Origin: Antedon mediterranea
Taxonomy: Eukaryota; Animalia; Echinodermata
DNA length: 64,000 nucleotides
Reading direction: 5' to 3'
Assembly (NCBI RefSeq): GCF_964355755.1
Contig: NC_092674.1
Span: 15,128,001 to 15,192,000 of the forward strand
Each line of letters begins with the position of its first letter. Within the stretch, counting starts at the first letter, position 1. The translations under genes were made by a program, and so were the position numbers. The notes beneath the pieces are model-generated. The model worked only from the letters and a program-made list of their open reading frames with translations. It was not told the origin of the DNA and made no database searches. Shown here piece by piece: positions 37,871-50,785 of this stretch.

Positions 37871-38777
37871 TGTATAGTTGCTGCATTAATTTTCTTTCTA
37901 TTTTTGCCAGACTCTGTTGATACAAATTAGAGACAACCCGGTATTTTTGATGAAAAGTCTTCCATTTGTTTTGGCCTCACGATCGATCGAAAAGTGGGTG
38001 AATTAAAGAAGAAAAACAAAAATATCGATCTGCAATGCATTTTGGGATTTATAGCGGGCCGCTAAAATTACTAGAATCAACCCTTTTTCAAATTTTTAAC
38101 GGTTTAAAGACAAAAAAGTTATCTCAATAGGATCATATAATATTTATTTTTACATTAAATGTAGTTTGTTACCTTAAATTAGATCTAAAAAACGTTTATG
38201 TATTTTGATTAGTTTGTATTAGGTTGTCCTGTTCTGGTTTAGCACAATCTTTTGATGGTGTATGTACGCAGATGACGATAAAACTTATATAATCTAGATA
38301 GAGAAAAACATTTGAGCCATGGTGAAATTCTGATTTTGGTATCGATATTGTGGGTTGAAATGAACGTTAAGGGAGATATTTTAAGCGCAGCCGACATGAT
38401 ATTCCAACCTGATATTTTGTCAGTTTTGGTTTTTTGTTACAGTATGTTCTCATGCACTTCTATGTTTGTTGATCCATGGGTGAGATGAGGTGAAATAAAC
38501 CATATTTGGGGGTGAAGAGAAAGACCTACAAAGAAGGGCAGTGCAATTACCTTACAACAATCAATTTGTTCTCTTGCTATTGTTATTGAAATTTCAAAAA
38601 GGAAATGAGTGATTTTAGATTATACTGACATAACCGTAAACATCTAAAATGTGAAAATGGTCTATGTAGTAGTATGATTTTTAGATCACACACTATTTCC
38701 AGAAGATTATTTAGGCAAAAAATAAAGGATTAGGATAGTTTTTTACTGTTATTAAAGAACAAACTAGAAAGTATAGA

Positions 38778-39852
38778 AAACGCATCATCTTCCTTCAGTT
38801 CACATTCATCATGCAGTACACACAAAATGCTATGCAGTACACAACAAATGCTATGCAGTACACAACAATTGTTATGCAGTTTGATTTGAATTGAAAATAG
38901 TAAAATAGTGCTCAAGTTATACCGCCATTTATTGAAAAAATTAAATATTATCATGTGACGTTTATTAGATAGCTCTATTCAAACTCTGCCCACCGTGTAG
39001 GTTGAACGTCCCTATGCCAAAAAATAGTTATACTAAACAATAATTCATAGAAGTGAAATTTATTTTTTATTGATCCAATAGATCAAATAGTATGAAATAC
39101 AAAGTATGGTACTTACTGCGACATTTTTTTAAAAGTAGACTTGGTTACAATCTGGTCAATACGACCTTGAGAGCTCTGTGTTTGATTGCGATGCTGGTTC
39201 CCTGCTTGTTTCCTCGAGTCTGAATGATGTCATTGTGATAATATAAGTTATGTCCATCTTCATCTCTGTTCATTGTGTCTGTTGATTTTCTTATCAAAAT
39301 AGATTCTCTTACTTTTCTTTTGAACCATTAAGTTTCTTTTTGTAGAATTTGAGTGTCCTAGTAGTTTCATGTGTGGTTGTATAGCATGGTCTCTGCAATG
39401 GCTGATTTTGGATTATGATTATTTCCTTGATCTGGTTTGTATGATCACTCAGATGATGTATTGACCAGATTATAACCAAGAAGAACAATTTTCTTGCAAA
39501 CTGAACGTTGCGAAATATTGTATAAATTACCTTACTTTGTATTTCATTTCTGTATTTACTAGTACCACATGCTTAGGGCCTTCTTGTTTACTAGTACCAC
39601 ATGCTTAGGGCCTTCTTGTTTACTAGTACCACATGCTTAGGGCCTTCTTGTTTATTGCTGGCCATCTACAGTAAGTTATACAGTTTGACTACACTTTATT
39701 TTACAGCAATCTAATAAACGTCACATCATACTTTTTTGATAGGTTGCGGTATAAATTGTATTGTAATTGTGTGTCCTGCATAGTGTGATGTGTACTGCAT
39801 TGCGTTTGGTGTATACTGCATGTTGAATGTGAACTGAAGGCAGATGAAGCGT
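38778..39852. mobile_element. ~1.07-kb degenerate fold-back element
   Basis: 38778-38975 is the reverse complement of 39704-39852, and 39088-39162 is the reverse complement of 39458-39550. Confidence 0.7.
39555..39650 (+). repeat. 32-bp tandem repeat x3
   Basis: tttactagtaccacatgcttagggccttcttg. Confidence 0.95.
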
Positions 39853-41559
39853 TCCAAAGTAAATGGAGATTTATGCATCGGCTAAATTTTTTGGAAGACA
39901 GCATAACGTCACAACATCTAACATCCCATTTTAATTGTACAAAATGTATAACTGATATACAATGAAACGATTCACCATCCTTCTGATCTGTGCACCATTT
40001 TCCTTGGTCGCAGCCATGGGTAAACTGATCTTCTTAATAAATATAGCCATAAGGTTATATAAACCTTGTGACTGAGATTCTGAGAATCTTCTCTGGACCA
40101 GACCATTAGTGGTAAATTATGGTAAAAATGGGAACTGTGAACCAATAAAGAGACCCGAGTAGAAACACCATAGTGTAAAAAAGGCAAAAGGGATGAGACA
40201 ATAATACTGGACAAATTATTACAAGAACCAATGGAATCAAAGTATGCAGTGATGCTGCCAGAATATTTAAATAACATACAAGTAAAACTCAATGATTAAT
40301 ACGAAGCTAGCTGGCAGAAATAACAATAGCAGACGACAGAAATAGGATGGGCCTGAATAACTTTAGCAAAGAGTCAAGAAGAATGAAGGGAAAATGTTAT
40401 GGTTTAGTTGATGTTCAGATCTTGGTGGTGAGATGCAACGGCTCAGGCTATAGGTGGGTCTTAGGTCTAGGGAAACTAGCTGTTACAGAAGTGAATCCAT
40501 ACAGTACATCAAAAAAAAACATAATACATTAAAACGGAAACCAACAGACACAGCGAGAGGAGTAGTAATGACAGGACTATAATACGGGCAAAAACCAAGT
40601 TGAAAACGTAGGGACACATCAGCACAACATGCAGCGACAACACACAATTCTATACGAAGGGCTATTCTAGTATCAGATTAGTATAAAAAAAAAAGAAAAG
40701 TAAAGTTAATCTGATAGTGTGGTATCCGTAACAACTTAGTGTAAGTAAACCATATTGTAAATTTTCATAATCTTCTCAATATAATTTTAAATTTCGCATT
40801 GAAACAGGTCGATGGAACAGAACACGAAAAAATTTGTAAAAAATAATTCAGTTGAAGACAAATTTAATTTCCTTTTAAAATAGCGATGTCTTCTTTAAAA
40901 AAAAAAATTCAAATTAAAAGGAAATGAATTTTGTCTTCATATGAATTATCACCTTGGAAAACGTCCGATATTTTAAAATGGATGTACGAGCAAGATTATG
41001 TCAAATCTAAGATTGGCCATCCTGATTTAACAAGAGAATTTAAGCATCAGCCCTTTTACTTTACTCAAATTTAACACATTTTAAATTATATAATTAGGCG
41101 TGGATAATGACCATATACGGTCACAGAAAGCTAGGCTCGATTACTCACTACAACATTGGACCTGTCAGCAAAAGCTTTGGTTGCCAATATGAAGCAATAC
41201 AATGGTAAATTTGGATGGAATCATTGTCTGGCACCAGGACAGACTCTACGCACTGCACCTCTGCATAGATTTTGAGGATATATAAAAGAAGGTGTGTTAA
41301 ATTGGGGACTGAAGATCACAATGTGGACATAATTTTGTGAGGTTATGTTAAACACTAATCTAAAATCATGCGCCTAAATAATGTAGAAGCTGCAGTTATT
41401 GAACATTTTGCAATTGTGAAAACCTTGCTTAATGAAAGTAAGACGGTTATGTTTATTCGACACCTTGAACACTAATATTGTTAGACAGGATCAAGATAGT
41501 GGTGCTAATGCATCCCATATTATATTAGATATATATATTATTATTAGATATATCAGGCA

Positions 41560-42620
41560 GCTTGAAGACATTATTAGGGCAATAAATATGACAAGTTGGA
41601 ATTGGAATGCCTGATTTCTCACTACAAGTAAAAGCACTTAAAATTAAATGGGCGAGAAATCTCCTATTGAGAAAACATGTAAGGTGGAAATTGTTGCCTT
41701 TGCATTACATCAATAGAATAGGTAATGGGAATATTTTATTCAGTATGTCATGCATAAATCTCACTAATCGGAAGATCTTTCAAGGTATACCATTATTTTA
41801 TTTAAAAGTTATTGAGAGCTGTGTCGATTTTAACAAGGTTGACGTTGAAACTATCAGTAATTATGAACAGATTGTTGAACAATATTTATGGGGAAATAAG
41901 AATATTAAAATAAACAACAAGGCTTTATTTTATAAAAATTGGGTTTCTTCAGGGTTTACAAAAGTGAAACACGTTGTTTCCTTTAATCGTTTTTTAAACC
42001 CAAGTGAAATAAAGAATAATTTGGGTATAAAAAGAAATTGGATTAGTGAATACACCACACTTGTTGAAGCAATTCCAAAAATGTGGATAAATGTAATTAA
42101 GAAAAACAATAAACAGGTAAATAATATGGTTACAAAATGTGACGTAATCGATACAATTTTAGGAACGACCACAAAAGATGCACATTTATACTTTGTCGAC
42201 AGCATTTTTATTCCTCCTCAATGTAAATGGGAGAATGTCTTTACAATTACAATAAAATGGCCAGAAGTTTGGAAACAAAAAGTATTAAATGAAAAGAACA
42301 AAAAATATGCACAATTTAATTAATTTAATTATAAATTGTTGAATCGAACTATTCCTACCAATAGTCGATTATATATGTGGAATATTAAGAGTACTAGTAA
42401 ATGCAATAATTGTGATGCCTTTGACGATGAAAAACACATGTTCTTTGAATGTCCAGGTAACAAGAATTTATGGAGAAATATAGATTAATTTTTTTTAAAT
42501 ATTGATGGTAGTAAAAGATCTTTTAAAGAGCTCATTCTTGGCAGTGGAAATTGTACAAAAAACCAATTATATACCATTGCTACCTATTCTATTTATAAAA
42601 TAAAAATATATAAGGGCAAT
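41560..42620 (+). mobile_element. L1/Tx1-type LINE ORF2 C-terminal fragment
   Basis: GMPDFSLQVKALKIKW, YLWGNKNI, and downstream FNYKLLNRTIPTN..CNNC..KHMFFEC (zf-RVT-like). Confidence 0.8.
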
Positions 42621-43571
42621 TCCATGCAAACATGGACATGACTAAAAAAATTCAAATTAATTAGTCAGCTCAAAATTTGTGTTTATGTTACTCATTAAAT
42701 ATGTGGGAACTAGGTTTTTAACTTTTTCAATTCATTTATGACTTTTTGCAGCCAAAAAATTACGTTTTTTTTAGGTGTGAAAAATAGGCAATTACGTTAA
42801 CTGATTATTATTTCCCCAACAAAGCAATATTTATAAAGTAACATGTCTAAGTAAGTACACTTAAGATGTATGGAAAATATGATATAACTACAAATGTTGA
42901 ATATCCCATATAGTACAGGCTATATGTGACATTTATCCTATGTAACCTTGAAAAAATTCTAATAAAAGGTCTTTTGGTATTTTCTTGTAGCTTTAGGTGT
43001 GAATAAATACTAAAAAATTTTTGCAGCCTTCTAGTTGCTGCGTTAGTGAGATATTGAGGGTCAAAGGTCAGTGACCTTTTTGTGGCATTTGATGGCTCAT
43101 AACTCCTCAATTCCTGGGTTTAAAAAGACAACTGTGGTGTCTACATCTATGTTTTAGTGGTCAAACAACAAAATAAAGTTTTTGCAAATTTCGGGTTACT
43201 TGTGCCATTAGTCAGATAGTCGGGTCAAAGGTCATTGACCTTTATTCATTAATAACTACTACTAGTTTAGGACCTGGGTAAGATTTGTATGCATTCAATT
43301 TAGGAGAGAATATCTCAACTGTTATAGGATAATTAGACCCCAAGGAACAACATGGGATATGTGCCAAATTCGTTATTGGGGGGGGGGGGGTGTTGAACAT
43401 GCCCAAAATCGGGGTCAAAGGTTAGACATGTGTGGTTCTTATATCTCGACAACCAAATCATACAGATTTGCTTTTGGTGTCAAATTGTTCAGAAAATACA
43501 TATTTATATTCAGTCTAACACAACGTTTACCCCAAAAAATGACCGGAAATGCTTTTACTGACCTTTGACCA

Positions 43572-45265
43572 AACTTACTTACTTAATGTCATCCCACTAT
43601 TAAGTGGGTGCCATGATAATTTGTCTCCACACATCTCTATCAAGCATGCTCTTTCTCAGTTCACTCAGGTCTAGTTTGGTATCTTTCAACAGAATGTCGA
43701 GCGAAGTCAGTTGAGGTCTTCCCACTTTCCTTTTCTCTTCAAGGAGAACTCTTGAGGCAGGCTCAGAGCTTCTCATAACATGACCGGCAAGGCCCATGCG
43801 ACGTCTTTGAATGATGGTCGTAAGACGGGGAAGGTTGGCATATAGTGTCTTGTTGGTGGCGTGTGAGGACCATGGGATGTTTTGGACTTTCCTCAGCATG
43901 CGGGTGTATGCTCCATCCAATGATTTTGAGAGCGATGAAGTAAGACTCCATGTCTCACAGCCGTAAAGAAGAATGGCTTCAACTGTTGACTTATAGAGGC
44001 GGATTTTTGTGGACTTGTTGATACGAGATGCCCATATTTTTTAAAGACTGTTCAGCGCACCCCATGCTTGACCAAGTCTTGCTTCGACATCATGGTTAGT
44101 GGATGAACAGTAGCTTCCGAGGTACTTGAAATCCTCTACTTGTTCTATTGCTGATCCATCCAGTGCGAGAGTTATAGAAGGTGATGAGGGGTTTAAATGT
44201 ATGAATTGGGTCTTCTTGATGTTTAAGTATAAACCTATAGCTTGTGTGGCTTGTTGAATTCTGTGCAGTAGATTTTCGGCAGCATGTATGGAATCTTCAA
44301 GAATGGCGATGTCATCGGCAAAGTCCAGGTCTGGTAGTACTTCAGCTGGATGTCTTCTACTACGGCGGAGGGTGAGACCGTCTGATGATGTAGTTGCTGA
44401 TCGCACTACATAGTCAAGGCAGACAATAAACAAGAATGGAGCAAGAGGGTCTCCTTGAACTACGCCAGAGTCGATGTTGAAGCAATCAGTCTCACCATCT
44501 GGAGTCAGGACAACTGCTGATGTATTGATATACATTACTCTGATGGCTTCTACAATTTTATGAGGGATGCCGTATGCTAAGAGGATCTTCATCATGATGT
44601 TGCGATTGATGGAATCGAAGGCTTTGCGAAAGTCAATAAAGATAATGACTGCCTCTTTGTGATGGTTCTTAACCTCTTCAACAATTCTCCTCAGTGCAAG
44701 AATGTGCGTAGTTGTTGATCGTGCCTGACGAAAGCCATTCTGGTTGGGGCGTAAAACTTCATTAATCACAGGACGTATCCTATTTAAAATCAGGCGATTG
44801 TAGATCTTTGCAGCCAATTGTGATAATGAAATACCCCTGTAGTTATCTGGTTTTGAAAGATCACCTTTTTTCGGAATATGAACGAAATTCCCCATTCTGA
44901 TGGCCTGTTTCCATCAAGAATTTGATTGCAGAAAGAAGTGAGAGCTTTCTGGGTGCCAGGTAATTTCCATATTTCGATGGGAAGACCGTCAAGACCAGGT
45001 GCTTTGCCAGATTTCATCTGTTTGCAGGCAATTGACACCTCAGCCTCGGAGAACCTCTCGGAGACTATCTGGTGGTTAAGTTGAAGATTTTGACGATATC
45101 CATGTCATCTACCACTGAAGTCTCCACCGATAGTAATTTGTGGAAGTGAGTTTTCCATGCTAGAAGACGATCCTCTCCCATGATGCAGGCACTTTGAGAT
45201 CTCTTCCCTGAGAGTTGTTTGACAAGTTGCCATGCAGATCTTAAGCTGTTGGCCGATGCTGGTTG
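43572..45265 (-). mobile_element. RTE-clade LINE, 5'-truncated
   Basis: KAPGLDG, PKKGDLS..NYRGISL, QNGFR, IDFRKAFDSI, GVVQGD, DFADD and LAGHVMR; (TAAG)n tail at 43572-43586. Confidence 0.92.
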
Positions 45266-45479
45266 ATCGAAAAAAATGACCAAAAAAACACATTTTCTGG
45301 TTAAATTATTCTTTAAAATGTCAATGGACACACTGTATGGTATAAAATGGAAGCATATACAATATGCTACCCATTGCTACCCAACTTGTATTGAAATTTT
45401 TAATTAGGAATATAACTTTATGGAAAATGTGCATAATTGACTTCAGTATTTAGAATTATTATTAATTTATCTTTATCAG

Positions 45480-46460
45480 CTGGTACGACCTTTCTTGATG
45501 ATTTGAAGTTGGGTCTAGTTACATTTATTTTAAAGAAACCTTCACGGGATCATACTTGCATGGCAAATTTTCGATCTATTTCTAATGTCGCTTTTTTATC
45601 TAATTGATCCTTGAGAAATGCGTTGCTTTAGATCTCATACATTTTCTTGACGACAATAATCTGTTCGACCCTCTTCAATCAGCATATAGAAAGCACCACA
45701 GTACAGAGTCAGCCATTCTCAAGGTGCATAATGATATTATTTTAACTCTGAATAAAGGTAATTGTCTTTGCTTCTGATACCATGGACTATTCCATTCTTA
45801 TTGCAAGACTCTCGTCTATTGGTATCTGTGGATCTGCTCTAAATTGGTTCAAGTCATATTTGTCTTCTAGGAAGCAGCAGGTCCGGATTGGTAATGTCAA
45901 ATCCACCTCTATCGACCTGAAATGCGGTGTTCCTCAAGGATCAATACTGCGTCCAGTATTGTTTTTAGTTTACATCTCGCCCATGAGTGATATCATTAAG
46001 AGACATTGTGTCTAATATCATGTGTACGCAGATGATACACAACTGTACATCAGCTTTAATCCAGCAGAGTTTAATGAGGCGAAATCGGTTATCGAAGCTT
46101 GTGTTGTTGATGTTCAGGATTGGCTAACTAAAAACATGCTCTTTTTAAACCTGGTAAAACAGAAATCTTATTTCTTCATTCAAAACACTTCAAGAAATTG
46201 GCCATTGCTAGAAACATCAATCACATCATCGTTGGAGGTTAGATATATCGGAGTTGTATTTGACTCAGCAACGATTATGTCCAGACATATCAACAACATT
46301 AGTAAATCTGATACCTACCACCTTCGTAACATAAGATCAATTCGCAAACACACTCCTCGCTTATTAAACTTGTCCATGCACTAATAACATCACGGTTAGA
46401 CTACTGCAATGCCATTTTGTTTGGTCTACCAAATAAAGAACTTAATAAACTACAACTAAG
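45480..46460 (+). mobile_element. L2-clade LINE RT relic
   Basis: DPLQSAYRKHHSTESA, GVPQGSIL, YADDTQLY and [10 protein letters not shown]. Confidence 0.88.
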
Positions 46461-47324
46461 TCTTTTTTTTTTTATACCAAATATTTCATTACAACGCTAG
46501 AATTATTTCACCTAAAATAAACTTACATTAATTTATACTCATTTTTGTCTAAATTTAATAAAATATGCATATTTTCCAAAAATAACATCACATAATTAAA
46601 TACATACTAAAACATAGATGTAGAAACCACATTTGTCTTTTTAAACCCAGGAGTTGAGGAGTTATGAGCCATCAAATGCCACAAAAAGGTCACTGACCTT
46701 TGACCCTCAATATCTCACTAACGCAGCAACTAGAAGGCTGCAAACATTTTTTTGGTAATTATTGACACCTAAAGCTACAAGAAAATACCAAAAGACCTTT
46801 TATTAGAATTTTTTCAAGGTCAAACCATATATAGCTTCTACTCCCGTTAGACATTTCCCGCATGTTGTTTTGTTTACACTGACGCACGAGGGAAGTTTAT
46901 TACAGGTAAAATATGAAACTACATTAAATTGAAAGACTCTATAATGCATAACGCATACATTTTTGATTTCGATAAGATTAAATTCATCGAAGATACTATA
47001 ATGTTTCTTTTTAATTTGAGTAGTACACCCCTATCGAAAAATAGACAATCCCGGTAATTACTGTAGCCGACCGTCGGCTACGTAGTCGTCGTTCGTCGTT
47101 TGTGCAGCGCACAACACGTGATAGTTTTAACGAACAAAATAAATGCTTGGAGATCGACAAATGGACCTTTTAGTAGGACTTTATGCTTTCGCCAAAATGA
47201 TTATTTAATTATCTATTTTATCATTATGTCATCGCCAAAATGGCTAAAGTAGCCGTTTTATTTTTTGCCAATCTGGAAACGTTTTCGCCCATGGCGACTT
47301 GGCGATCGGCCAGTGCGAGCCTAG

Positions 47325-47438
47325 CCATTTGCCATTAGGTTTGCTGACCATTTGCCATTAGATTCGCTGACCATTTGCCATAGATTCGCTGACCATTTGC
47401 CATTAGATTCGCTGACAATTTGGCATTAGATTCACTGA
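47325..47438 (+). repeat. 23-bp tandem repeat x5
   Basis: ccatttgccattagattcgctga. Confidence 0.9.
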
Positions 47439-47659
47439 ATTATGAAAATTTGAATCTAGTTTTGCGTTTTCCGCCAATACAGTGTTTCATACCTTCTTCT
47501 TGTTTACTTCCCCCCTCCTTCCCCCGGCCCAGTCAACCAGAGCCAAGTGCCTGTGAAAAATCCCCATTGCTTAACATGGGGATCCAATCCCCATTGCTTC
47601 AACAGTGCCTTATTTTGCAGTGAGTTGTCCATTTATGCTTTTGGTCATTTAATTTCAGA

Positions 47660-48835
47660 AATGGGGAGCCAACAAAACAGACTTTGAGACGGTCACGATT
47701 ACTTCCATAGAAGACACGAGATTGGCTTGTCCATCTGATTTTCACGAATTGAAGTACCGGTACAAACTTGGAAAGTGAAAAAGAATGTACAGCTCAAATC
47801 CACTTTCATAAGAACTGTAAATTGAGCGATTTGCTAGATAACCGCAACTATGATCAGATGGTGTCCACATTGACGAGAGAAATCCAGCCACTGAAATACT
47901 TGTTTGAGGGACCTAATGACTGTTGGGCTATGCTTCATGTCCATTACAAAGGTAATTATTTATCGGTCACAAATGGAGTATCTGTCCTGCTTCAGTTAGG
48001 ATTAGTTAACCCATGACATTTTGAACCCATGGTGAAATAATTTGTTGAAATTTGTGTAGTTTTTTCAAAACATCTCGCACAACAATTTAATTTCAAAATA
48101 ATTTGTTGATTTATACTTCCAGAAATGGAGATGTCGGTACTATCCCGAAAACTTATGCGCGCCTTCCTATTCAGCATGGAGGATTCTCAAGCAAGAGAAG
48201 CTTTGAAATCGCTAGCCGATAAAATTATCACCCTATTAAAACTCAACTTGGAGGCCGTAATAACAGAGTCCTCATCCCCCGTGTCATGCTTTGCGACCTC
48301 AGTAAAAGTTAAAAATCTGCTCCAAAAGAATTCATCATCCGCTTCTACATCAACTTCTGCAGAAAAATCTTCTTCACCAGAAACCAAACAAACCCCAGTA
48401 ACTACCCGTCGTGTCAGTTTCAACCCAAATATTGGTGATGCATATTTCTCCACTTCCGACGTTCTCATTTTCCATATGCCACTATTGGACAAACCAATGA
48501 AAGTAAAGCTGGTTGTTTCGGTGAAAAAAGGTTGCAGCGATAGTGCCATTGCTGATCTTATAACACAACTATTATCCAGATTGCCTTACCAAGGAGGTAA
48601 TTTGATCTTCGGACTTCATATGAATTCGATTGAAGCAACCGTATGTGCAGTCGAGCATAAACTCCGGAATGAAGATCCATTGAAACCAGTTAATGTTTGT
48701 ATTTGGTCTCCTATCTCATTCAAAAAAATGTCGCATCCCTTCAGTATGGAAAGCTTCTGGGAGATGATATTGGACATTGGTACTATACTTACAAACGGAA
48801 CTAAATACAAACCCAGCTACAGCAAATGCAGGTAA
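47660..48835 (+). CDS. Spliced ORF of unknown function (possibly a pseudogene)
   Basis: Phase-consistent intron 47952-48122 (aaag|gt...ccag|aa) joins ORF 47768 to the 236-aa ORF 48125-48835; the upstream part appears frameshifted. Confidence 0.5.
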
Positions 48836-50198
48836 TATCATTGAGATTTTCAAACTTATTTATTAAATCTTTTAGCCAACGATGCAAGCAATGGAAAGTA
48901 AAACTAATTTTTAATTTTGTTGCGTGATGATTAACCGATGCTTGATGGATTGAAATGGAACTTGATAAAAATATAACTATTATAGCTAATAATAGGAGAG
49001 ATAGTGCAAATTGGTGTTATACTTAATACAAACTGTATTGATATGACATTTATACAGTAACAGTACAGTATCTTCTCTTTATCTTCCTTATGACTTTTCT
49101 TTGTATACTCCTCCTCCCTCTCCTGCTTCTGAAATTGATTCTTCCACCACTTCTTCTGCTCATTCTCTACCTACTCTCCAATTTTCTTTCCTATCCTCTC
49201 CTTCCAACCAGTATTCTTCTTCTCTACCTCACAACCATACTTCTAATCCATCCCTTTCTTGTTTTCCACCTACTCCTCCTAATACTACTTCCTCTTCTAC
49301 TCATTCACCACAATCCTTTCCTTTTTCAACTGATGGATTTCAATCCAATTCCTCATCAGTTTCTGATTTTTGTATTTTTTTAATCCTTTCTTTAGGCCTA
49401 CTACTTTCTCTTTTTCTTATTTTTATACTACTTTCGTACTACTGGTGATAATATTTGTATTCATATTTCCCTCTTATTTAATTACATGGGGGGTGGGAGG
49501 GATGTGATTAAAGAACTAATTAAATAGGTAAGTAATTAACTCAGTACCTTGATTAATAATACTAACCTTGTCTCGAACATCTTCATGCTTGGTTCTTTGA
49601 GTTGATCACTTACCATAAGCACTTAATATATTTTTGGCAGTTTAAAGACAATTTATAAAATATACCATTTATATACAGAGGTCTCTTGTATGCAATGTAC
49701 ACACTATTGCTATTGATATTTATTTTTCTGATAAATACATAATACAGTAGTTATTTTGAACAATTTATCATGCAACACATTTCAAACATATTTCATAAAC
49801 AAATAAACTGCAATTCTTTCATAACCGTGCATATAGATTAAATGCACAATGCGCTACAAAACTACAAACTCATTTGTACAGAAACAAGCGCTAGAGTAGG
49901 CCTATAGTAAAGTCTTCATCAGTATTAACAAAATTAAGCTAAGGAAATCATTTAAATTCCTAAATATATACAGTACATTAATATTTTTTAGTTACTAATA
50001 ATTCTTCATTTCATATATAGAATTTGGTGATTCATGTAAGGCTATGATTTGAATTCAAGTTACGAAACATGCGCAGTTGACTATAAGTGTCAGCTTTTGA
50101 TGAGTTAAACACTCCTAAATTTGTATCAAAATATACTTTTTATTTTACATTTTCGGAAATTATTTTAAGAGTCACTCCATGATATCTTTTCTAATCTT

Positions 50199-50330
50199 AG
50201 GTAGACTTCCTTCAAGACATGAATGCAGAGAAGCCATGAGAAAACATAAAGTCCTTCAAAGACGGAAGCCAGACAATATCAAAGATTTTGTGAGGAACCA
50301 AATAACCAGATTTTAAAAAAAAATGTTTTT
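50199..50330 (+). pseudogene. Terminal exon of an unidentified repeat-encoded protein (3 copies; also 58119 and 60800)
   Basis: After an AG acceptor: GRLPSRHECREAMRKHKVLQRRKPDNIKDFVRNQITRF. Confidence 0.5.
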
Positions 50331-50352
50331 AATCGATTATGCTACTTTATGT

Positions 50353-50725
50353 ATAGACTAGGGCAATAACGATTGACGATAAATAGATAATCATACATTT
50401 TTCTTGGATAAAAATAAAGAAATTAGAACAGTGTTTGTTCTAGAACTATAGGATAATCATGTAGGCTGTGTTTGATATAAATAAAAAAATCCAATCAAAT
50501 GACGTCATGATCAATAAAAACAATAAAATCGTTGTATTGTAACGATATTATCTACTACTAATCATGACGTCATTTGATTGGACGTGTGGAAATATTATTT
50601 TCATCAAAGGCAGCATAGATGATAATCATATAGTTCTAGGATGAAAACTTTTAACAATTCTTTTGTTTTAGGTATGAAAAATGCATATTTATCTTTTTAT
50701 CGTCGATCGTTATCACCCTAGTGTA
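50353..50725. mobile_element. Palindromic MITE with ~170-bp imperfect arms
   Basis: ctagggcaataacgattgacgataaa...ccaatcaaatgacgtcatgat versus atcatgacgtcatttgattgg...tttatcgtcgatcgttatcaccctag. Confidence 0.8.
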
Positions 50726-50785
50726 AATAGGCGTTTAATATAGAAAGCTATTATCTTGATAAATGCCCTTTGCCTATTTTTCTTG

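Larger units (their letters stand above)
42640..46820. mobile_element. Long-inverted-repeat DNA element (TGACCTTTGACC family) hosting two LINEs
   Basis: 42945-43159 is the reverse complement of 46606-46820 at high identity. Confidence 0.7.

Noticed and set aside
49090-49448. Leu-rich and Ser/Pro-rich ORFs (also 57125-57346)
   Set aside because: Pyrimidine-rich low-complexity sequence with no domain signal.
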